Assembly: GCA_024137785.1 (NCBI GenBank)
Contig: JAHRHZ010000038.1
Coordinates: forward strand, 12,700,050 to 12,764,049
DNA length: 64,000 nt
Direction: 5' to 3'
Origin: Ginglymostoma cirratum
Taxonomy: Eukaryota
Below are positions 11,930-21,845 of this stretch, piece by piece. The notes under the pieces are model-generated. The model made no database searches, was not told the DNA's origin, and was given only the letters and a program-made list of their open reading frames with translations. Every line of letters begins with the position of its first letter. Within the stretch, counting starts at the first letter, position 1. A program made the position numbers and the translations under genes.

Positions 11930-13940
11930 AAACGAACCCATTAGAAACTGTTCTTAACCAAATTACCATCATTCCCGTGTACACGTAAATGTATTTTTTC
12001 ACATCTTTAACTGGTACCCTATGATTCAATTAATGAAGAAAAATAACGACAAATTCGGTTTAATTACTAATTATACAGCACGTTCGGATACATCGGGTAA
12101 GATACACTTCTCTAGCATGAATACACTATTCGTATAAAGTTAGTTTAGTGTGCTAGTCTCAAGCGGTTTGCACCTACGGAATTTAAATTCAGCGTTAATC
12201 ATGGGTCAGTGCTAAGCCTGATTCTGCAATGATGTGGCGTTATAGTTAGCAGTGTACAGCGTAAATTCGGTGTTGTCAAAAGCGCTCAATAAACACGCTG
12301 GACAAATTTTAAACCAGTTTGTTTAAGCATCTGAACAATAACTTTCAATTTCTCCCTCTCCCCTCAACCGCACAATTGTGTACCCGTGCAGACGCCGTGT
12401 TTTATTTATTAAATGGACAGCATGAAGAGTTGCAAGTAAAGCTTATATTTATTGCTCGGCCGAAACTAGAACTACACCTAACAATCGTGTTGCAGCATAA
12501 ACATATCTTGAACATCCCTGAATTTTGCACCCCGACTACATCACTTCGGAGATTGTTCAAGATATTTTATCGCCCTTGGAAATTGCCACTTTTTCATCTA
12601 CACTTACTTTACGCTAGGCTATACGTTGGTTGTGCCATAATAATCTATTTAATGTTCAGTAAATCCTATACAAAAGTGCCAGATCTTAAACCGTTTCTGT
12701 TTTGCAAACATGCCAATTAGCAGAGTTTATGTCCTCGAAACACTATTTACCAACAACTTTGACAATTTACCCAGCGGGTACGACAGTAAATTTCACACGC
12801 ATTGGAGTTCATCACCAGCAGATCCAGCAATGAGCTGAAATGGGTTTCATCTAAACCTAATTTAAACTACGACAATGCATACCTGGAAAATGAGATTACA
12901 GTCGCTTTGTTACAAAGAGCCCCGCAAATAAAATTAGAAAAGCTGCATTCAGAGTTTGTGTTGAGGTGACAACTTTGATAAGTAAATACCAGTCCCACCG
13001 TAATCACTGAACAGTGAAACTGTCCCGGTGAGTTGCATCATGCAAGATGAGTTACAACGAACTAAAATTCAATGACTTCCTCGCCCAGATCGATCCGAAA
13101 TTTTAACGGTTTCCTCTCCTGCAACGTTCCCTCCCGACAGTATCACTTTTTAAGGTCGGTGCATTTGTTTTTTTACAAATAAGAGCAGAACAACTGGGAG
13201 CAGTCATATAGCAGCTCAGCCCGTGGTGATAAGATGGGGCGTTATTTCCATTGTGATGGGGGGGGCGGATGTATTTGCAAATCAGAGGGGATCACGATGG
13301 TGGTAAATTCCCACCATTGATCTGGTCTATAGCGATCGGAACGTAAACTGTAGACTCCTCTCTCAGGGGAAACCTGGTCCCTTTGCTATTTTTAACTGGG
13401 CACAGTCATAAGTCTGAGTCTCTATAGTCACTGGCGGGGGGGGGGGTGAAGGAACAAAACTCAACTACAAATAAATCACACAGCTCAGCATAATTTAGGA
13501 GAGAAAGTATAAAAGCTTCTGACAATGTAATCCCAATCCGTGTCCATTCTGTGTCACTCAGAGACAAAGTTATCGAGCTGTGGCTGAGAAGCCGGCAGCT
13601 GGGGGCTGTCCCCGGTCTCCCCATCTCACTCACTCACACACACAATAAAAACCTACATCCTCCCATCTAACAGTAAGAGTCAATCTCCACTCAGTCTTTA
13701 CCTTCCAACTCCGGCCGTAAACACGGCACTGTCCTTCCGCCATTTTACTCCCTCCCGGCCACGATTGGCTTGTCGAAATTCCGGGAACAGAGGGTGTTGT
13801 CGAGGAGCCTCCCGGTCACCGTCCCGCCGCCCTCTTGGGAAGGGAATTGACTGCTCGTGGGCGCCATCTTGTTAAAGGTAAAGGATACCGCGCGTGGAAG
13901 TTGTCGCTGTTGAAGACGATCTTCCCTAGATCGACTTGTC
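11930..13940. promoter_or_regulatory. CpG-retaining (likely unmethylated) promoter domain
   Basis: CG dinucleotides are visibly frequent from about 11.9 to 13.9 kb compared with the CpG-depleted flanks, the region is almost repeat-free, and there is a GC-rich core at 13700-13900. Confidence 0.75.
13702..13870 (-). promoter_or_regulatory. Core promoter and first exon of a minus-strand gene extending left of the window (probably MKNK1 by synteny)
   Basis: Two YY1-type motifs on the minus strand (AAAATGGCGG at about 13737-13746, AAGATGGCGC at 13861-13870), CCAAT (gattggc, about 13762), GC box-like cccgccgccc, and a donor GAAG|GTAAAG at 13702/13701. The gene identity is inferred only from the MOB3C-MKNK1 tandem arrangement in tetrapods. 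Confidence 0.6.
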
Positions 13941-14339
13941 CGTTAGAGGTGATGTGGAGGTGTCGGTGTTGGACTGGGGGGAACAAAGTCAAAAATCACA
14001 CGACACCAGGTTAGAATCCAAAATAACAAGGTGTAGAGCTGAATGAACACAGCAGGCCAAGCAGCATCAGAGGAGCAGGAAGGCTGACGTTTCGGGACTA
14101 GACCCTTCATCAGAAATGGGGGAGGGGAAGAGGGTTCTGAAAGAAACAGGGAGAGAGGGGGAGGCGGATAGAGGATGGATAGAGGAGAGGAGGCAGACCG
14201 GTCAAAGAGGCGGGGTTGGAGCCAGTAAAAGGTGAGTTTAGGTGGGGAGTTAGGGAGGAGATAGGTCAGTCCAGGGAGGACGGACAGGTCAAGCGGGCGG
14301 AATGATGTTAGTAGGTAGGAGATGGGGGTGTGGCTTGAG

Positions 14340-14532
14340 AGAGATAAAAGGTACTGCAGATGCTGGAGAATCCGAGATAACAAGCATGGGGCTGGATGAA
14401 CACAGCAGGTCAAGCAGCATCATAGGAGCAGGAAAACTTGACGTTTCGGGCCTAAACCCTTTTCTGATGAAGGGTTTAGGCCCGAAACGTCAAGTTTTCC
14501 TGCTGTGTTCATCCAGCCCCATGCTTGTTATC
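14340..14532. mobile_element. Young 193-bp palindromic PLE-derived insertion (subfamily A')
   Basis: Perfect 16-bp TSD gggggtgtggcttgag (14324-14339 and 14533-14548), inverted arms, hammerhead core at 14464-14491. Confidence 0.92.
14464..14491 (+). ncRNA. Minimal type I hammerhead ribozyme motif
   Basis: CTGATGA-A-GGGT-TTAG-GCCC-GAAA-CGTC has all catalytic-core nucleotides, a 4-bp stem II, a palindromic ACGT in place of stem III, and a GUC cleavage triplet. Stem I is weak (UUU/AAG). Confidence 0.75.
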
Positions 14533-15889
14533 GGGGGTGTGGCTTGAGGTGGGAGGAAGGACAGGTTAGGGAGGCGGAGATGAGCTGGGCTGGTTTTGGG
14601 ATGCAGTTGGGGGAGGGGAGATTTTGAAGCTTGTGAAATCCACATTGATACCATTGGGCTGCAGGGTTCCCAGGCTGAATATGATTTGCTGTTCCTGCAG
14701 CCTTCAGGTGGCATCACTGTGGCACTGCAGGAGGCCCAGGATGGACATGTCGTCTGAGGAATGGGAGGGGGAGTTGAAATGGTTCGCGAATGGGAGGTGC
14801 AGTTGTTTGGTGCGAACCGAGTATAGGTGTTCTACAAAGCGGTCCCCAAGCCTCCGCTTGGTTTCCCCAATGTAGAGGAAGCCACAACGGGTACAGCGGA
14901 TGCAGTATACCACATTGGCAGATGTGCAGGTGAACATCAGCTTGATGTGGAAAGTCTTCTTGGGGCCTGGGATGGGAGTGAGGGGGGAGGTGTAGGACCA
15001 GGTGTAGCACTTCCTGCGGTTGCAGGGAAAAGTTCCGGGTGAGGTGGGGCTGGAGGGGACTGTGGAGCGGACAGTGGTCCCTCTGGAAAGCAGATAAGGG
15101 TGGGGAGGGAAAAATGTCTTTGGTGGTGGAGTCGGATTCCGCTTGGGAAGGTTGCAGGAACGGCAACTCATATTCCGCTTGGGAACCCTGCAGCCCAATG
15201 GTATCAATGTGGACTTCACAAGCTTCAAAATCTCCCCTCCCCCTACCGCATCCCAAAACCATCCCAGCTCATCCCCGCCTCCCTAACCTGTCCTTCCTCC
15301 CACCTATCCTATCCTCCCACCCCAAGCCCCACCCCAATCTCCTACCTACTAACCTCATCCCGCCCCCTTGACGTGTCCATCCTCCCTGGACTGACCTATC
15401 TCCTCCCCAACTACACTCACCTCTACTGGCTCCATCCCCGCTTCTTTGACCTGTGTCTCCTCTCCGCCCATCTTCTCCTCTACCCATCTTCTATCCGCCT
15501 CCCCCTCTCTCCCTATTTATTTCAGAACCCCCTTCCCCTCCCCCATTTCTGAAGAAGGGTCTAGGCCCAAAACGTCAGCCTTCCTGCTCCTCTGATGCTG
15601 CTTGGCCTGCTGTGTTCATCCAGCTCTACACCTTGTTATCTCAGATTCTCCAGCATCTGCAGTTCCTGCTATCTCTGAAACAAGGTTATAATCCAACATT
15701 ATTTTTATTTGAAATCACAAGGTTTCGAAGCGCTGCTCCTTCGTCAGGTGCACCTAAGAGGGATCGATAGGAGGCACCAGGTTCAAGTCCCATCTTCTTC
15801 AGAGAAATGTAATAATCTCCGACTGGGTTGATTTGGAAAATATTAGCTAATTTGATTATCTCTGTAATGAAAGAGTATAATCTCTCAAA

Positions 15890-16302
15890 AGTGTGGTTGG
15901 TTGGCTCACCGAGCTGGTTCGTTAGTTCACGGACATTTCATTACCCTGCTGGGTAACATCATCAACGCAGCCTCCGATGAAGCGCTGTTGTGTTTTCCCA
16001 CCTGGTATTTAAACTTTGGGGTCCGTTGGAATTGGTTACCTCATTTCAGGTTTTCCTTCGCAGTGGTATATATATAGGGTCTAATTCTACGTGTTTATTG
16101 ATGGCCTTCTTGGTGGAGAACGAAACCTCTAGAAATTCCCGTGCTTGTCTCTGTTTAGCCTGTCCTCGGATCCTGATGTTGTCCCAATCGAACTGGTGGT
16201 TCTCCCAATTCCAATGAAACGTCTGTGAACTAACGAACCAGCTCAGGGAGCGACCAACCACACCATCCACAACCCAAACTACAAATCTACTCAAAAACCT
16301 TA
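15890..16302 (-). mobile_element. Penelope/Poseidon-like fragment (GIY-YIG C-terminus plus terminal repeat with a short inverted arm), family D
   Basis: ORF 16046-16423 has HQFDWDNIRIRGQAKQRQAREFLEVSFSTKKAINKHVELDPIYIPLR. Inverted repeat gagctggttcgttagttcac (15911) / gtgaactaacgaaccagctc (16225). Degenerate hammerhead at 15932-15965. Confidence 0.8.
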
Positions 16303-16344
16303 AATCTCTTGTTGGTTTTGGGTTTATTATATTTTTCAAAAGGA

Positions 16345-16590
16345 ACAGACTATAATTGGAACTGTGGATGCTGAAGATCTGAAACAAAAACAGAAACAGA
16401 TCTTCTTCAAACAAAAGTGCCATTGATCACAGCAGGTCGGGCAACATCCATGGAGGGAGAGCAAGCTAATGTTTCGAGTCGAGATGATTCTTTGTCCGAG
16501 CTCTTCAAGGGTCACTGGATTCAAAACATTAGCTCTGTCATACCACAAAAGTTGCCAGACTTGCTGAGTTTCACCAGCAATTTCTGTTTC
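16345..16590. mobile_element. Palindromic PLE-derived element, family B-related, degenerate
   Basis: gaactgtggatgctgaagatctgaaacaaaaacagaaa...aagggtcactggattcaaaacattagctctg...cagcaatttctgtttc. Confidence 0.7.
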
Positions 16591-17339
16591 TGTAACAGAG
16601 CATCTGTAGTGACTGATTAAAGGATATGGACCTACTGCCCCATATACTCTGTTCAATGTGCTCATCACTCCTTTGCTACTCAACTGTGTCTTCACCTTCA
16701 TTATACATACTCAGGTTAGTTGATCTGATAATGTCTGAAAGCAGGAAATATTATTTCCCACACCTGATATGAAAATAAAGCATATGGAACTCCTAAGGAG
16801 CCATAACTGCCATTTAAGTAGTCAAAGGTTAAGACAGGAATTGGAGATCCAATACATCCATTTCCAAGTATTACTTTTTAAAACACTTTTTCATTTATGA
16901 TCATTAAAGATCATAATTTTTTCTCCAATATCGAATGTTCTCCATCACTTGACAGTGGCAAAACAAATCATGATCAAGGATTAGCAATATTTAATCTTGT
17001 CAGTATAAGAAATTATTTTCTGACATTCATTATGCATTTTACTGTTTTAAATGTTGAACAGTAAAACATCGGGTAGCTTACAAAATCTAGAACATTGTTT
17101 TCTCTATAATTAACACTTAAATTTCCTGAAAGCAATGTTTCACATTGTTTTTCTTCACAGATACAGCTAAGCCTGGTGTTTCCAGCATTTTCAGCTTTAA
17201 ATTGCTGAAATGTTAATGGGCGGAGCTGTTGGTTAATGAAAATTATTATTTATCTGCTTAGCTCACAGAGTATCATAAAGCACTGTTACAAACATCTCCT
17301 GTAAATGCATGATATAAATCTTATCCTCCTGCCAGCCTG

Positions 17340-18130
17340 GGACTAGAGGGTTTGAGCTATTGACAGAGGCTGAAAAGGCTGGGGCTTTTGTCCCTGGAGC
17401 GTCAGAGGCTGAATGGTGACCTTATAGAGGTTTATAAAATCACAAGGAGCATGGATAGAGTGAATAGCCAACATCTTTTTCAAAGAACAAAGAATAATAC
17501 AGCACAGGGACACACCCTTTGGCCCTCCAAACCTGCGCTGACACATTTTGCCCTCCATACTAAAATTGTCCTCACTTACAGGATCCATACCCTTTTATTC
17601 CCTTCCTATTCATGTATTTGTCTGGGTGCTTCTTGAGTGCTGCTAATGTGTCTGCTTCCACCACCTCGCCTGGCAGCGCATTCCAGGCACTCATTACCCT
17701 TTGTGTGAAAAACTTGTCTCACACATCTCTTTTAAACACCACCGCCCCCCCTCCGCCCTCATCTTGAACCTGTGACCCTAGTAATTGACCCCTGCACCCT
17801 GGGAAAAAGCCTCATACTTTCCACGCTATCCTTGGGTGGGGCATTCCAAAACCAGAGGGCATAAGTTTAATGTGAGAGGGGAAGGATTTAAAACGTACAT
17901 CAGGGATAACTTCTTAATGTGGAGGGTGGTATGTGTATGGAATGAGCTGCAAAAGGAAGTGATGGAGGTTGGTACAATTACAACATTTAAAAGACATCTG
18001 GATGGGTATATGAATAGGAAGGGTATAGAGGAATGTGGGCCAAATGCAATTAGGTCAGATTGGGATGTCTGGTTAGCGTGGACAAGTTGGATTGAAGGTT
18101 TGTTTCCATGGTGTATGACTCTATGATTCT
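17340..18130 (+). mobile_element. CR1 3' end with a nested minus-strand CR1 3' fragment (about 17485-17830)
   Basis: SLERQRLNGDLIEVYKI; TRGHKFNVRGE...WNELQKEV; tail tatgactctatgattc. Confidence 0.85.
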
Positions 18131-18154
18131 ATTTAATCTTTTGCTAGAGATTAT

Positions 18155-18510
18155 GGGGAGGTGCTGGCCTAGTGGCATTAACTGGACTGTTATTCTAGAG
18201 ACCCATCTAATGTTTTGGGGATCCAGGTTCAAATCCCACCATGACAGATGGTGGAATTTGAATGCAATAAAAATTGGGAAGTAAGAGTCTAATGATGATC
18301 ATGAATCTATTGCTAAATGTTGAGAAAAACCCATCTGATTTACAAATGTCCTTTAGGGAAGGAAACTACCATCCTCACCCAATCTGGCCTACATGTGACT
18401 CCAGACCCACAGCAATGTGGTTGACTCTTAACTGCCTTTTGGGCAATTAGGGATGGAGAATAAATGCTGGCCTAGTGAGTGATGTCCTCATCTAATGAAC
18501 AAATTTTAAA
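18155..18510 (+). mobile_element. tRNA-derived SINE (second family)
   Basis: A box tggcctagtgg, B box ggttcaaatcc, tail gggcaattagggatggagaataaatgctggcc. A 5' fragment of the same family lies at about 33976-34065. Confidence 0.8.
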
Positions 18511-18562
18511 TAAATGAGGAAGTTCTACCCTTCCCCTAAATTTTATATTTTTGGAAAACTAT

Positions 18563-20282
18563 GTGCTGAATCTTACATAACAAGGTGTAGAGCTGTATGA
18601 ACACAGCAGGCCAAGCAACATCAGAGGAGCAGGAAGCCTTCCTGCTCCTCTGAAGCTGCTTGGCCTGCTGTGTTTATCCAGCTCGACATCTTGTTATCTC
18701 AGATTCTCCAGCATCTGCAGTTCCTACTATCTCTGCTGAATCTTACAGTTTTTTTCACTAAGTGTGAGTTGTGTCGAAGTTTTTGGAGGGATTCTCGCTG
18801 GAGGCCTATGTATATTTCACAACTCACCTCATTAACTACTTAACAACTATTTCGCCCTACTGCATCCCTCTTGTCTAATTCTATCCACATTTTAACATAA
18901 CTCACCACTTAGTAGGTGCTCACTGATGAACTGGCAGCTTTGCACTCACACTATCATTTAAAAGCCTAATGTGCACTTTGGACAAGCACTGTCTGTCCTC
19001 AGCTGCAGTTCACATCCCTGACGTTTTCCCTGTACCTGCCAAACAAGGAAATTGGCACATAGGAACTGAAAGTGCGGCTGGATAGGGCAGTGCAATCAGG
19101 GAATGGCCTCTTGCCCAGGACCAGCCCTGGGAGCCACAACACCAGACTGCACTAGAATGGTCACCTGGGTTATTGGAGTTTCAATCATCTGAAGGAATGT
19201 CCAATAGTGCAGAAAGAAAGTTAGTGACCTTCTCCATTCCACCAGTGTTTGTGCCACCATCACTCTGATATCTCACACTAACTCTACTATTGTACACATG
19301 TCCCACAGAAGCCCACACACTACCACTCTCACTACTGCAACATCTTCCCCACTCACACTCACTCACCTCAACACCCCTAACCCTGCCTACTCACTCACCC
19401 AGGAAACTTCCATCTGCATCAATTATGCCACCCACTTTTCTCTCCTGTAAAACGTGCCTCTTTCTCATTCCAGGAGGAAAACGGTGCACAGTAGGACGGA
19501 AATGCAAGTTGGGTGGTCATTTGCCCATATGTGAAGAGGATCCTTACTCTGATCACCCTGAGCATCTGATTTACTGTGCAGGGCCTCTCTGACTGCAGTC
19601 TACCTACCTCAGCTTCAGTGAGGACTGCTGACAACCATGACAAACTTCCTGGCTTTGTGTCTGCACTAAACAGCAAGGCCCCAAGACAGAAGTAATATGA
19701 GCCTGGTAGGTCTGGCTGGGGGAAAAGTTCAAAAAAGGCAAAGCATTGCAAGGCAGGGATATTGTGTGCATTCAGGTAGGCTCAGAGTGCGTAAGCACTT
19801 AACAGCAAACAAAGAACCTGGAGATGCAGCCAGATCTGGTCCATGAGGTTGATGTGTATTCCTGAGCACAAAGTGTCATCACTGCAGCTTTCCAATAATA
19901 GTTGTCACTGCAGCCCAAAGTGCACTATTGAATTGAACAAGCATACTGTATTGTGGGGTGCAGATACACCATTAGTATTCTTAGGAGCTGGTACATATTT
20001 GATGCCCGTGTGCGTGGATGCGCATAGCCGGTGTGCCGTAGCCACCAGCAGCAAGAACACTGCAAAGTCCCTGCATTAGCAAGCACTTGCCTTCACCACC
20101 ACCGCCCCCCACCCCCGCCACATGATTTCATAAGACAAGTGCCAAAGAATCCAGTTGCATGATTAATGAAGATCAGAAGATTGCATGAGGAAAAAAAAAA
20201 ATCGCCATGCTTCACGGTGCACTTGGCGCCATGAATCTTGCTCGAGAAAGCACTGTCCAAAAAAAAATTGAAAATTCAGTCC
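18563..20282 (+). mobile_element. Probable PIF/Harbinger-type DNA transposon derivative with Myb/SANT-like relic
   Basis: Imperfect terminal inverted repeats gtgctgaatctt / aaaattcagtcc. From about 19202 the plus strand translates Q*CRKKVSDLLHS, resembling the QCRKKxNDL helix of Harbinger Myb/SANT-like proteins. Confidence 0.55.
18578..18733. mobile_element. Palindromic PLE-derived insertion, family A, hammerhead core absent
   Basis: Perfect 14-bp TSD tgctgaatcttaca (18564-18577 and 18734-18747). The arms meet at gcaggaag|ccttcctgc. Confidence 0.9.
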
Positions 20283-20474
20283 AAAGTTTTAAGCAATTCT
20301 GTTCAAACTGGTAGAAAACCAATAACTTAGTAATTTTAATTCATAACAGCTCTATTTAAACGAAGAGAATAATAAAGCCCAAAAGCAAAAAGTATTAGAA
20401 GTGCAATGCACAAGTAAGAAAAACATAATAAGAATGTCTGCAATATCTTAATTACTGCTATGACCAGTGAATTT

Positions 20475-20480
20475 TTTATT
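20475..20480 (-). terminator. Candidate polyadenylation signal (AATAAA) for MOB3C
   Basis: tttatt on the plus strand at the left end of an AT-rich unique stretch, with U-rich sequence downstream on the minus strand. Other candidate sites exist. Confidence 0.35.
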
Positions 20481-20973
20481 TAGTCCATTTCACAAACCAA
20501 GTTCCTTACAATGTCCTACAAATTCTATCCATTTCCAATTCAGTATATGTTCTTGTAGAAAAATAATTCACAATCGCTCCAGTTCACTCATTTTCAGAAG
20601 GTGATACTTGCAGTTTCAATTTCCTGATTCCAGTACCATAGGTATCAAATGCAACACTTCTGAAAAACTCTCAGATGTCGTCTTGTTTATATAAATGAAG
20701 AAAATAAATTCAGAAATTTCCATCAATCAAAAAACTTACGCAAAACAATATTCTATACAAAATAACATTAAACCGTTGAGGTTTCATATGATTTATATTT
20801 TAATGTTCAGGAGTTTAATGGAGAAATGGATGTTTTGAAATGCATTAATTGAACATGCTTGATTTTAAAATGGATCATGTCAGTTCTTCAAATCAAAGAA
20901 AATAACCTACTTCAAATCAATGAATTTTTAAACATTTAGTTTGAAAGTAATATTGAAGCTAAAGTAATGGGAT

Positions 20974-21200
20974 TAAAACAGAAATTTTTGGAGAAACTTA
21001 GCATGTCTGGCAATGTCTGTGTAGGCAGAAACAGCGTAAATGTTTTGAGTGTAATATGATTCTTAATACCTTGTTCTGAATAAGTCATATTAGACTTGAA
21101 ATATTAATACAATTTCTCTCCATAAATGCTGCAGTCCTGCTGAGTTTCTCCAGCATTTTAGTTGTATTTTAGCTTTCCAGCATCTGCACTATTTTGCTTT
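20974..21200. mobile_element. Old palindromic PLE-derived element, family B
   Basis: aaaacagaaatttttggagaaacttagcatgtctggca ... ctgaataagtcatattagacttgaaatattaa ... cctgctgagtttctccagcatttt ... ccagcatctgcactattttgctttt. Confidence 0.7.
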
Positions 21201-21309
21201 TACGAAGTTAACAGGATGACCATAATGCCTCAGCAATTTCATATAGCAAATATCAGCACCTTAATCACTATGACTTTTCTAATCTAAGATGAGTTAGTTT
21301 GTTTTAGTC

Positions 21310-21845
21310 TCCTTTCTTGAGAAAAGGACATACTGGCATTGGAGGGGGTGCAGAGGAGGTTCACTATGTTGGTTCCAAAGTTGGAAAGGTTGGCTTATGA
21401 GGAGGGGTTGAGTAGACTGGGACTATACTCATCGGAATTTAAAAGAATGCCGGGGGGCGGGGGGTGATCTTATAAAAACATTTCCAATTATGAAAGGAAA
21501 AGATAAAGGTAGAAACAGGGAGGTTGTTTCCACAGGCAGGTGAAACTAGAACTAGGAGCACAATCTCAAAATAGGGGAGAAACAGATTTTGGACTGAATT
21601 GTGGAGGAATTTTTTCACCCAAAGAGGAAGGGAATTCCAAAGATTCACAACCAAGCAGCTGATGCTACTTCGTTCATTGTTTTTAAGGCAAAGATTGATT
21701 TTTGAACAGTAAAACAATTAAAAGTTATGGTGAGCGGGTGGGTAAGTGGAGCAGAGTCCACAAAAGATCAGCCATGATCTTACTGAATGGCAGAGCAGGC
21801 TCGAGGGAGAGATGGCCTACTCCTGCTCCAATTTCTTATGTTCTT
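21310..21845 (+). mobile_element. CR1 3' fragment
   Basis: gtgcagaggaggttcact..., tail gatcagccatgatcttactgaatggcagagcaggctcgagg...cctactcctgctcc. Confidence 0.85.

Larger units (their letters stand above)
14022..15682. mobile_element. Penelope-like element (Neptune-like GIY-YIG endonuclease fragment) with inverted arms, family A
   Basis: Minus-strand ORF 14704-15228 contains FTCTSANVVYCIRCTRCGFLYIGETKRRLGDRFVEH...HFNSPSHS (GIY-YIG with Cys/His Zn-type residues). Left arm is minus (14022-15135), right arm is plus (about 15144-15677). TSD aggtta(g/t)aatccaa at 14008-14021 and 15683-15696. Confidence 0.9.
13950..15750 (-). mobile_element. PLE-derived element, family C, split in two (13950-14021 and 15683-15750) by a later insertion
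   Basis: gatgtggaggtgtcggtgttggactgggg...cgacaccaggtta joins ...atccaaca...tttgaaatcacaaggtttcgaagcgctgctccttcgtcaggtg, collinear with the uninterrupted relative at 58323-58511. Confidence 0.8.

Noticed and set aside
12319-12720. 133-aa plus-strand ORF in the CpG-retaining domain
   Set aside because: Non-ATG start, no recognisable domain and no splice support.
14704-15228. Functional GIY-YIG endonuclease gene
   Set aside because: The ORF is a chimera across the inversion junction, has a short truncated upstream region and a frameshift relative to the 39.5 kb copy; it is a dead PLE fragment.
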